Shown in pieces: positions 1 through 8,097 of a DNA stretch of 32,000 bases. The DNA is taken from the NCBI GenBank assembly GCA_024277355.1, contig JAJRVL010000004.1:90001-122000 (forward strand), in the 5' to 3' direction. The notes below the pieces were generated by a model. It had not been told where the DNA came from. It was given only the letters and a program-made list of their open reading frames with translations, and searched no databases. Positions within the stretch are counted from its first letter, which is position 1; the number at the start of each line of letters is the position of its first letter. A program made the translations under genes and the position numbers. This stretch comes from an archaeon. Its GTDB lineage: Archaea > Iainarchaeota > Iainarchaeia > Iainarchaeales > 1-14-0-10-31-34.

Positions 1-2494
1 CTTCTGCAGTTGAAGAAACACACACATCATAATTTCTGTTTCCAATTAAGTCTCCAGGAACCACATAATCATAATTTATTGTTATATTAGATAAATCCTC
101 AAAACTTAATTCAGAAAAATAAATTGAATTAACTGCTTTTTTTGCTGAAAGATTCTGCAAACTTATTCCTGCTTTAAGATTTGAAACTTTAATTGAATCA
201 ACTATTTCATTTGTTAATGAATCTCTTACAATAACAAAAAAAGAAGATGAATCAACAAAACCATTATTTTGTATTTTTGCAGTTAAACCGACATTTGATC
301 CAGGAGAAACTAATTTTCTATCAAAGTTTGCTTCACTTATTTTTAAGCTTACAAAATTACTGTATTTAAATAAAACTGAAGAAAGATTATTGTTTAATTC
401 ATCTGATTCAGCAAAAGAATTATCATAATCAACAAAAGCAGTAATATTATTTTCTACTTCAGGAATAGAAGAATAAGGCAGAATAAAAGAAAATTCCTGT
501 GATTCTTTTGGATTAATTGAACCAACTAAATCTGAAAAAATAATATTGCTTTCATTTATTTCTTCAATAAAAAAATAAACTTTAACTTGAGGAGAAATAA
601 ATTTACCGTTATTCCTTACTGTCAATAAAACTTTAGCATCTTCTTTTTCAAATAAAACGTCTTTTTCAAAACTAAATGATTCAAGCAGTAAGTCAAATCC
701 ATTATCAATTATTCCATCACCATCATCATCTATTCCGTTTTCTTCTTCTTTTGAAACAACTTTCAAAAACAAGGAATCAGAATCATTGAAAGGATTTCCA
801 TCTGTTTCTGTTCCATAACAATCAGAAGTAATTTTTATTTCTGTTTCACCTGAATTAAATCCAAGTAATTCAGGCATAAAATAAAAACCTGAATTATCTT
901 TTCCTGTTAAATTCCATGAATACAAAGAAGAAACATAGCTTTTTGGAAGAACTTTTTGTTTTCCGTTTACTGTAAATAAATAAGAAAAGCTAACAGATGA
1001 ATCAATAAATTCAAGCAAGGAATCTGAATTAAATACATCTTGTTTACCTGAAAAAACTAAAATTAATTCTTTTTCTTTTTTTTCATCTGAAACATTAACA
1101 CAAAAATTTTTACTGCTGAACTCATTAAAATAATCTTTATTTTCTCCTAATTTTGTCGTAATATCAAAAGGAATTACAATAAAAGAAGGAATTTGTTTTG
1201 AATCAAACCTGAATTTTTTATTTCCCTTTAAGTCAATTACAGGAAAAATTTTTTCATTTGAAGAAGAAAAAATAAATTCAGATAATTCAACTGAATAATC
1301 TGTTTTGCAGTCTTCATCTGTTTTTCCGTCTAAATCATCATCTAATCCATTATAACATAGTTCTTTTATTTCAGGATTAGATGAAACAACATTAAAAGAA
1401 AAAGAACCTGAATTATTATTTTTTGTTGCTTCATGAACTAAATTTAGTTTGTCAACTGAAATACTAAAATTTTCTGTTCCGCTTAAACCAAAAGAAGAAA
1501 CAAAAAAAGTTATTGTTTTTTTTTCGCCTGAATTTAATCCATAAACCATTTTTGATTCAATTGCTTTTCCCTGTGAATCTAAAAGAGAAACAACAAAATC
1601 AGAAGAAATCCCGCTTAAACCATTATTTGAAATAACTGCAGTTACAGGTATTTCTTCTCCTTGATTAATTAATTCAGGGAAATCCAATGAAGAAACAATT
1701 AAATCCGGATAATCAGATGACGCATTAAATAAAACTTCTTTTTGAAGTAAATTATTGTTTTCATTTTGTTCTTCAATTTCAAAAGCAGAATCAATTACTG
1801 CTTCAAAAACATGAGTTCCAGGAAAAACACTTGAATTAAATTCAAATAAAACTTCTTTTGTTTGACTTTGAGTTAAACCAAAAATTCTTTTTTCTCCGAT
1901 TAAAACTTTACCTGAATCAGAATTCAAATATAATGAAACAGTAAACGGCAATGAATCTTTTTTACCTGAATTAACTGTTTTAACTTTAATTTGAGTTGTC
2001 TGTCCTGTTGTAAGTGAATCTGAAACTTCAATTAAAGGAATTAAATCAGGTTTATTTGTTGCAATATTTAAAGCTGAAACTTTTGAATCAAAAACTGAAG
2101 GTTTATTATATTTATCAAATAACACTACTCTGACAGTATAACTTCCATCTTTTGCATCAGTTGAAATACCGCATACATCTTCAATTAAATTTGTTCCTGA
2201 AGTTTTCTGGCAGACTATTCCTGAATAAGTATTGCTTACAATCCAGCCCATTCCATTAACTATTTTAGTGCAGACTGAATTAGATAAATCTGTGTCTTCA
2301 TAAATATCTATTGCATAAGCTAAAGGACAGGAATAATTATAACTGAAATTTACTGGAACTTGTTCTCCTGCAGCAAAATCATAAGTATAATCAGATAAAA
2401 TATTAACAGGTTTATTAGAAATAACTCCTTCAGATAAAGCTGAAACACTGGAAAACAGCATTAAAAAAATTAAAATAATAATTGTATTTTTCAT
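1..2494 (-). CDS. Secreted CARDB-repeat cell-surface protein; C-terminus runs off the window (3'-partial)
   Basis: Missing from the supplied ORF track because it has no in-window stop. The ATG at 2494..2492 opens a frame I read without stops down to position 2 (831 codons). The N-terminus MKNTIIILIFLMLFSSVSALSEG is signal-peptide-like. At least four modules carry CARDB hallmarks: (K/Y)PDLI..., a V.N.G strand, and a terminal D...E..E.NNN motif (AVIDSAFEIEEQNENNN, VDKLNLVHEATKNNN, VDYDNSFAESDELNNN). A GAAGGA SD-like element lies just upstream of the ATG. Confidence 0.8.
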   Translation of the reverse strand, partial: MKNTIIILIFLMLFSSVSALSEGVISNKPVNILSDYTYDFAAGEQVPVNFSYNYSCPLAYAIDIYEDTDLSNSVCTKIVNGMGWIVSNTYSGIVCQKTSGTNLIEDVCGISTDAKDGSYTVRVVLFDKYNKPSVFDSKVSALNIATNKPDLIPLIEVSDSLTTGQTTQIKVKTVNSGKKDSLPFTVSLYLNSDSGKVLIGEKRIFGLTQSQTKEVLFEFNSSVFPGTHVFEAVIDSAFEIEEQNENNNLLQKEVLFNASSDYPDLIVSSLDFPELINQGEEIPVTAVISNNGLSGISSDFVVSLLDSQGKAIESKMVYGLNSGEKKTITFFVSSFGLSGTENFSISVDKLNLVHEATKNNNSGSFSFNVVSSNPEIKELCYNGLDDDLDGKTDEDCKTDYSVELSEFIFSSSNEKIFPVIDLKGNKKFRFDSKQIPSFIVIPFDITTKLGENKDYFNEFSSKNFCVNVSDEKKEKELILVFSGKQDVFNSDSLLEFIDSSVSFSYLFTVNGKQKVLPKSYVSSLYSWNLTGKDNSGFYFMPELLGFNSGETEIKITSDCYGTETDGNPFNDSDSLFLKVVSKEEENGIDDDGDGIIDNGFDLLLESFSFEKDVLFEKEDAKVLLTVRNNGKFISPQVKVYFFIEEINESNIIFSDLVGSINPKESQEFSFILPYSSIPEVENNITAFVDYDNSFAESDELNNNLSSVLFKYSNFVSLKISEANFDRKLVSPGSNVGLTAKIQNNGFVDSSSFFVIVRDSLTNEIVDSIKVSNLKAGISLQNLSAKKAVNSIYFSELSFEDLSNITINYDYVVPGDLIGNRNYDVCVSSTAE

Positions 2495-2538
2495 ATTCCT
2501 TCACTTAATAGTTAATTTTATTCTTAATAAACTTTATC

Positions 2539-3762
2539 TTAACTCAACTCCTGCTTATTTTTCAGTTCAGTCATCCTATTTTCAAGTTTATCTAATTCTC
2601 TGTTATAATTTTCATACTGCTCTAAATAAACATCTCTTGAAATAATTTGTTTATTGAAATAATCATCCTGTAATTTTTTCATTAAAATCAATAATTTTTT
2701 TCTTTCTCTTTTATAAAAAATTCTTCTTACAAAAGTTTTTCCTTCTTTAAATGAAACAAAAATAACATAAAAAATGAATATTACAGGAAAAATATATACA
2801 ATTGCATTTTGTGCAATAAAATAATATAAATGGCCTTTTGGCTCTAAACTTAAAGCTAAATTCCCTGAATTAAAATACTGGTCTTCAGCTAAAACATTAA
2901 CATAAAATATTTCTGCATTTAAATCTTCAGTTGAAATTACAATAAAATAATTGCCTGACTCATTTTTCTGCAAATTAAATTTTTCATTATTATATTCAAC
3001 CCAAACTTTTGCATCAGGTACCGAAACATTATCAGAATAAATCGGTTTAACTTCTAATATTAATGGACTGCCAAAATTAAATTCATTAATTAAAGGTTTA
3101 ATTAACTGGATTTTAATTGGAACAAGCCTTACATTAAAAGAAACAATATTGCTTCCTCCATTTTTTTCTTTAGTTCCTGAAAGAGCTGTAACCATTAAAC
3201 CTTTTTTTTCTATTGCAGCATCAACAGGAATATTTATGTTTTCATAATAATAAATTCCGTTTCCTTCAAAATACATTCTTATTTTATTTCCATTAAAGTC
3301 CCAAAAATAAACTGTTGCATTATTTACAGAAATTCCTGCATCAGTTACTTTAACTCTTACATCAAATGACTGAGTTCTAAAATAAGAAGAACTAGCAGGA
3401 CTAATAAAATCAACTCTAAGGTATTCGCATTTAACTGAACTGTTAACTCTAAACCTTAATTCTTTTTCTTCTTCCTGATCTTTAACTAAAACAACCCAGT
3501 CTCCTGAAGGATCATTGCATGAAATAAAATGCTTAAAAGAAAAAAAACCTTTTTCATCAGGTTCAATTACAGCATTTAATACTGTTTTGTTTCCAGGCAA
3601 AGCATAAACCAAAAAATTAATTTTTCCTGTAGAAGAACCATTTAAGTCCATAAATTCTCCTTTTTCATAGCTCCCTTTTGGAAGTTCAACTGATAAAGAA
3701 GAAACAAAAGAAACAAAGAAAAACAAAAAAAATACAAAAAGAATTTTATTTTTTAATCCCAT
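2539..3762 (-). CDS. Type I single-pass surface protein: signal peptide, Ig/MG-like beta-rich ectodomain, TM helix, 69-aa cytoplasmic tail with SHOCT-like coiled motif
   Basis: N-terminal hydrophobic signal KILFVFFLFFFVSFVSSLSV. C-proximal TM helix YYFIAQNAIVYIFPVIFIFYVIFVSF. Tail: KKLQDDYFNKQIISRDVYLEQYENYNRELDKLENRMTELK. Ectodomain pattern (V.V.D..G..V.NA.V......G.Y) and tail are paralogous to the next gene. SD-like GAAGGAAG lies upstream. Confidence 0.75.
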   Translation of the reverse strand: MGLKNKILFVFFLFFFVSFVSSLSVELPKGSYEKGEFMDLNGSSTGKINFLVYALPGNKTVLNAVIEPDEKGFFSFKHFISCNDPSGDWVVLVKDQEEEKELRFRVNSSVKCEYLRVDFISPASSSYFRTQSFDVRVKVTDAGISVNNATVYFWDFNGNKIRMYFEGNGIYYYENINIPVDAAIEKKGLMVTALSGTKEKNGGSNIVSFNVRLVPIKIQLIKPLINEFNFGSPLILEVKPIYSDNVSVPDAKVWVEYNNEKFNLQKNESGNYFIVISTEDLNAEIFYVNVLAEDQYFNSGNLALSLEPKGHLYYFIAQNAIVYIFPVIFIFYVIFVSFKEGKTFVRRIFYKRERKKLLILMKKLQDDYFNKQIISRDVYLEQYENYNRELDKLENRMTELKNKQELS

Positions 3763-3791
3763 AAATCATCAACTTCCTTCTTTTTTTTCTT

Positions 3792-5885
3792 TTAAACTGC
3801 TTTCTTTAAGTGTGTTTCATTTTCTTTTTTTTCTGGTTGTTCTTCTGATTTTTTTTCGGTTTCTTTTGCTTTTTTTGGCATTGAAAATAATCCAGGAATC
3901 TCTTCATCTCCCTGAACTTTAAAAGTATTTTGTTTTTTTCCGTCTTTTACTTTAAACATTGATTCTAATTCTTTATCATCAAATGAATCTTCTACTTTTT
4001 TTCTTTCACCAAAAACTTCTTCATCTTCAACATCTTTAATTCCTTCTGTTTCCTGAGTTTTCTTAAACGATTCAATTGCTGAATCAATATCTCTTAACTC
4101 AGAAGAATACTGAGACAATAAAGAATAATATTGTTCGTTTCCAACTGCGCCTAAATTAAAGTATTTTTCCTGTAAATCGCTTTTTAATTTTTCCAGATCC
4201 TTTTTTCTTTTTTTCAGTGAACTTAACCTGTCCATTCTTTTTCTTATAACTATAATAACTACAATAATAAAAACAAAAGCAAAAATAACTGAAAGAAACA
4301 ATAAAGGATTTTCTCTGAAATAATACTCTAAAGTTAATTCTCCAGTTACTTCAAATAATTTAGTAAAAGTAATTGAATTACCAAAAGCATCTGATGCTTT
4401 AACATTTAATAATAATTGTCTTGCTTCAGATAAATCTTCATTATTTACAACATAAGAAAAATAAAATACTCCTTGTTCTTTTTCTGCTGCAAAAATATTT
4501 TTATCATTTATTTTAATTGAAACTTTAGCTTTGTTTAATGGTTTTCCATTTTCATAAGAAAATTTTAATTTAAATTTTAATTCTTCACCTAAAGCAGCTG
4601 TTTCTTTTTTTGGTTCAAGCAAAACAGGAATAATTTTTGCATTATCCACTGTAATAGTTAATTCATTTGAACCCCCGTATTTAATTGAACCAATTGTTTT
4701 TCTTGCATTAATTAAAATTTTTTGTTCACCTAAAGGAAAATCAAACGGAATTAAATAAGACAAAGAATATTTTCCATTTGAAACCATTCTTAAATCAACT
4801 TCTTTTCCATCAGGAAACAAAGCAATTACATCTGCATCTTCAACTGGTTTTTCATCAAACAATATATCCACTAAAAGTTTTATTTCCTGTCCTCGTCCAT
4901 AAAGTTTTTCATAATCAGAAAAAGTTACATCCATAAAAATTGTTCCGGTTTCCCTGCTTACAATAATATTTTTTTCTTTTAAGCCTTCGTTGTCAAAAGA
5001 ATCTGCTCCTGAAACTCTTAAAATCCAGTTTCCTTCAGGATAAATTAAACTTGTTCTCTGCTCTAAAGAAAAAAATCCGTTTTCATCTGATTTAGTTTTA
5101 TTTTCAAGAATTTTTATGCCTTTATTTAAAGCAGAAACAGTAATTACAGTTGAAATTGGTTTGCCTCTTTTAAATAATCTTCCATTAAAATTAATTATTT
5201 CTCCTAAAACAAAATTATTTTTATCTATTTCAAAATTTAAATCAAGAGAAGGATTAACTTTAACAATAAAATTTTTTACTGCACTAACTCCTAATTTTTC
5301 TGCATAAATTTCTGAAGCATAATCTGCTTTAACTGTTAATTCTGAAACCAAAAAACTTACTCCATAAACTCCATCATGTTCTTTTCCATCTAAATGATTT
5401 CCATCATCATACATTGGAATATCTCCTGCAAAAGTTTTAACCCTAACATTTGCATTTCTTGCAGTTACGCCGTCAGCTTTAACTTTAGCTTTAAATGTAA
5501 TTTCATCTCCCCTCAAAAAAATATTTGAGTCAGCTGGTTCAAGTAATTCAATTGTAATTGTTGTTGGAGCACAATCAGAATCACAGTTAGCAAAATCTTC
5601 TCCTGATTCACAAATATTGTTTCCGCAGCAATAATATTTTATTTGAGCACGGCATAAACCAGTTAAACAACTGTATTCTTTACATACGTCTCCCTGTACA
5701 TCCCCTGAACAAGTTCCGCAGTCACCAGAACAAGTGCATTTATCTTCGCCTGAATCACAGGTTCCATTATTATTGCAAGTAGATAAATCCCATATTAAAG
5801 GAGTATAATTATTAAATAATTCAGCAAAACCTACTGGAAGCAGTAAAAGCAAAAAAATTAATCCAAAAACACTAATTTTATTCAT
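3792..5885 (-). CDS. Type I single-pass surface protein: signal peptide, Cys-rich module, 4-5 Ig/MG-like repeats, TM helix, 150-aa cytoplasmic tail (SHOCT-like motif plus acidic/lysine-rich end)
   Basis: The track starts at a TTG (5909). The ATG at 5885 gives a much better signal peptide (MNKISVFGLIFLLLLLPVGFA) and has a GGTGA SD 9 nt upstream. There are 14 Cys in residues ~45-113. Repeats follow the pattern G(D/E).h.h...G.P...A.V.......G.Y. TM helix: LLFLSVIFAFVFIIVVIIVI. Tail: LKSDLQEKYFNLGAVGNEQYYSLLSQYSSELRDIDSAIESFK. Confidence 0.8.
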   Translation of the reverse strand: MNKISVFGLIFLLLLLPVGFAELFNNYTPLIWDLSTCNNNGTCDSGEDKCTCSGDCGTCSGDVQGDVCKEYSCLTGLCRAQIKYYCCGNNICESGEDFANCDSDCAPTTITIELLEPADSNIFLRGDEITFKAKVKADGVTARNANVRVKTFAGDIPMYDDGNHLDGKEHDGVYGVSFLVSELTVKADYASEIYAEKLGVSAVKNFIVKVNPSLDLNFEIDKNNFVLGEIINFNGRLFKRGKPISTVITVSALNKGIKILENKTKSDENGFFSLEQRTSLIYPEGNWILRVSGADSFDNEGLKEKNIIVSRETGTIFMDVTFSDYEKLYGRGQEIKLLVDILFDEKPVEDADVIALFPDGKEVDLRMVSNGKYSLSYLIPFDFPLGEQKILINARKTIGSIKYGGSNELTITVDNAKIIPVLLEPKKETAALGEELKFKLKFSYENGKPLNKAKVSIKINDKNIFAAEKEQGVFYFSYVVNNEDLSEARQLLLNVKASDAFGNSITFTKLFEVTGELTLEYYFRENPLLFLSVIFAFVFIIVVIIVIRKRMDRLSSLKKRKKDLEKLKSDLQEKYFNLGAVGNEQYYSLLSQYSSELRDIDSAIESFKKTQETEGIKDVEDEEVFGERKKVEDSFDDKELESMFKVKDGKKQNTFKVQGDEEIPGLFSMPKKAKETEKKSEEQPEKKENETHLKKAV

Positions 5886-5944
5886 TAAACATTTCACCGC
5901 AAACTTCAATTAAATTTATTTCAAAAAATTCATTCATTAATTTT

Positions 5945-6796
5945 TCACCACAAAATTTCATCTGTTTTCTTTTTTTCTTTTACTTTTTCAAAAGTTACGC
6001 CTTTATCAGTTAAAGAATAAGGAAGCAAAGTTTTTGAGTGATTAGTACAACGCATTTTCAGTATTTCCACTGCTCTTCTTCTTGAATTACCTGTTTTAAC
6101 ATTATATAATACTATTACGCCGTCAGCTAAAAATTCTTCTATTCCTGTTCTTGAATAAATTCCTGGGTCTTGTTCAGTTTCAGAAATAATAAAATTAACT
6201 GAATCATACTGGTTTAATGAATCAAACATATGCTTAATGTAATACCTGTAATTTTCAGAGTTCCCCATGAATGCAACACTTAAAGCAGACAAAGAATCAA
6301 CTACAATTTTATCAGGAACAAAAGGCAATTCAAGCTGTTCAACCTGAACCAATAAAGCTCTTCTTTGTTTTAATAAAGAAGCTTCAACACTTCTTGCAAT
6401 TTTAAATGGATTAATTTTTAATACAGCAAATTTTCCTTTTTCTTCAAATTTAGCTAAATCCCAGCCATAATTGTTTCTCATATGTCTTTTGAGTTTTTCT
6501 GCTGTTTCTTCAAATAAAATATAAACTGCTTTTTCTCCTTTTAATAAACTGTGATACAAAGACTGCATACAAAAAGTGCTTTTTCCTGTTCCGCATCCGC
6601 CTGAAATCAAAATAGTTGAACCTCTTTCAATGCCTCCTGCATCTAAATGAGAATCAAATTCAGCAACTCTTACAGGCAAAAACTCAATTTTTTCTTTTCT
6701 TTTCTGCCTTCTTTCCTTCATATCCTCTAATTCTTCTTCTTCAATACTTCCAGGTTCAATTTCTTCTTTTCCTGCAAACTTAATTCCAAAAGGCAT
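5945..6796 (-). CDS. KaiC/RecA-superfamily ATPase (single-domain, COG0467-like)
   Basis: Walker A ISGGCGTGKSTF. Walker B-like KIVVDSLSAL. KaiC-family C-terminal signature ILKMRCTNHSKTLLPYSLTDKGVTF (compare KMRG..H......F.It..Gi). No signal peptide or TM helix. Charged N-terminal extension EEEELEDMKERRQKRKEK. Confidence 0.85.
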   Translation of the reverse strand: MPFGIKFAGKEEIEPGSIEEEELEDMKERRQKRKEKIEFLPVRVAEFDSHLDAGGIERGSTILISGGCGTGKSTFCMQSLYHSLLKGEKAVYILFEETAEKLKRHMRNNYGWDLAKFEEKGKFAVLKINPFKIARSVEASLLKQRRALLVQVEQLELPFVPDKIVVDSLSALSVAFMGNSENYRYYIKHMFDSLNQYDSVNFIISETEQDPGIYSRTGIEEFLADGVIVLYNVKTGNSRRRAVEILKMRCTNHSKTLLPYSLTDKGVTFEKVKEKKKTDEILW

Positions 6797-6942
6797 ATTA
6801 TCCCTTTTAATAAAGCACTAAACTAATATAAAAAGCTATCTAAAAAGTATATAATAAATATATATTAAATAAATCAGGAAAATTAGGTTAAGTTAAGCTA
6901 AAAACATTCCTTATTATTAAATTTGCTTTCTTTTATTTTTTG
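6797..6942. promoter_or_regulatory. Divergent promoter region between the KaiC-like ATPase gene (-) and traB-family gene (+)
   Basis: 146-nt spacer, almost pure A/T. On the minus strand, TTTTATATT (plus-strand 6826-6834) lies 30-38 nt upstream of the ATPase ATG. TTATTATTAAAT lies ~21-33 nt upstream of the TraB ATG at 6943. Both fit archaeal TATA positioning. No experimental support. Confidence 0.35.
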
Positions 6943-8097
6943 ATGTCAGTAGAAAAAATTAAAATAAATGACAAAGAAATAATTTTAGTTGGTACAGCAC
7001 ATATTTCAGAGAAAAGCGTTGAATTAGTTTCAGAAACCATTGAAAAAGAAAATCCTGATTCAGTTGGAATTGAATTAGACTTCCAGCGATTTAAGCAGTT
7101 AAAATCAGGAAAAAAATGGAGTGAAACTAATATTTCTTTTATAGTAAAATCAGGACAAACTTATTTGTTTTTAATTAACTTAATGCTTGCAAACATGCAG
7201 AGAAAATTAGGAGACGAATTAGGAATTAAACCAGGAGCAGAAATGATTCAGGCATATGAAATTGCAAAAGAAAAAAACCTTAAAATTGAATTATTAGACA
7301 GAGACGTCCAGATAACTTTAAAGAGAGCTTTTGCATTTACAGGTTTAATGGAAAAAATGAAAATAATCTGGCATGTTATTTCAGGTTTTTTTTCTGAAAA
7401 AGAAGAATTAACAAAAGAAAAAATTGAATCATTAAAAGAAAAAGATGTAATGACTGAATTAATGAAAGAACTTTCAAATACTGCTCCTACAATAAAAAAA
7501 GTTTTAGTTGATGAAAGAGATTTATTTATTGCAAACAGAATCATAAATTCAGATTCAAAAAAAATTGTTGCAGTAGTCGGTGCAGGCCATTTAGAAGGAA
7601 TAAAAAAAGCTTTAAATGAAAAAGTGGATTTAAAGCCTTTAATGGTTGTTCCCAAAAAAAAATCTGTTTTAGGAACAATACTCAAATATTCTATTCCTGC
7701 ATTATTTATTGCATTTTTAGTTTATGCTTTTTATAATAAAGGAATTAATGCTTCAGTTGAATTAATTGTTTTATGGTTTGCTATAACAGGAATTTTTTCT
7801 GCTTTAGGCGCTTTATTAGCCAGAGCTCATCCAATGTCAATTTTAGCTGCTTTTATTGCTGCGCCATTTACTACTTTGCATCCTGCTTTGGCCGCAGGAT
7901 GGTTTGCAGGAGCAACAGAAATAAAATTTAATTCTCCTAAAGTAAAAGATTTTGAGTCATTAAATAAATTAGATTCAGTTAATGCCTTTTATTCAAATAA
8001 AGTCACAAAAATTCTACTTGTAACTGCATTAACTAATCTTGGAGCTACAATTGGAGTAGTTATTGCTTTGCCTTATATTTTAAGTATTTTAACTTAA
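6943..8097 (+). CDS. TraB/PrgY (GumN-superfamily) family protein with C-terminal membrane domain
   Basis: N-terminal ILVGTAHISEKSVELV...NPDSVGIELD and later VAVVGAGHLEGIKKAL are the two TraB-family signatures. The C-terminal third has 3-4 hydrophobic helices. The track start at 6940 is TTG; the ATG is at 6943. Confidence 0.85.
   Translation: MSVEKIKINDKEIILVGTAHISEKSVELVSETIEKENPDSVGIELDFQRFKQLKSGKKWSETNISFIVKSGQTYLFLINLMLANMQRKLGDELGIKPGAEMIQAYEIAKEKNLKIELLDRDVQITLKRAFAFTGLMEKMKIIWHVISGFFSEKEELTKEKIESLKEKDVMTELMKELSNTAPTIKKVLVDERDLFIANRIINSDSKKIVAVVGAGHLEGIKKALNEKVDLKPLMVVPKKKSVLGTILKYSIPALFIAFLVYAFYNKGINASVELIVLWFAITGIFSALGALLARAHPMSILAAFIAAPFTTLHPALAAGWFAGATEIKFNSPKVKDFESLNKLDSVNAFYSNKVTKILLVTALTNLGATIGVVIALPYILSILT

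Noticed and set aside
5945-6796. KaiC-like ATPase as ArlH (FlaH) of an archaellum locus
   Set aside because: No ArlI/ArlJ, archaellin (class III signal peptide) or prepilin peptidase genes are present in the window. The neighbours have classical Sec-type signal peptides and C-terminal anchors instead.
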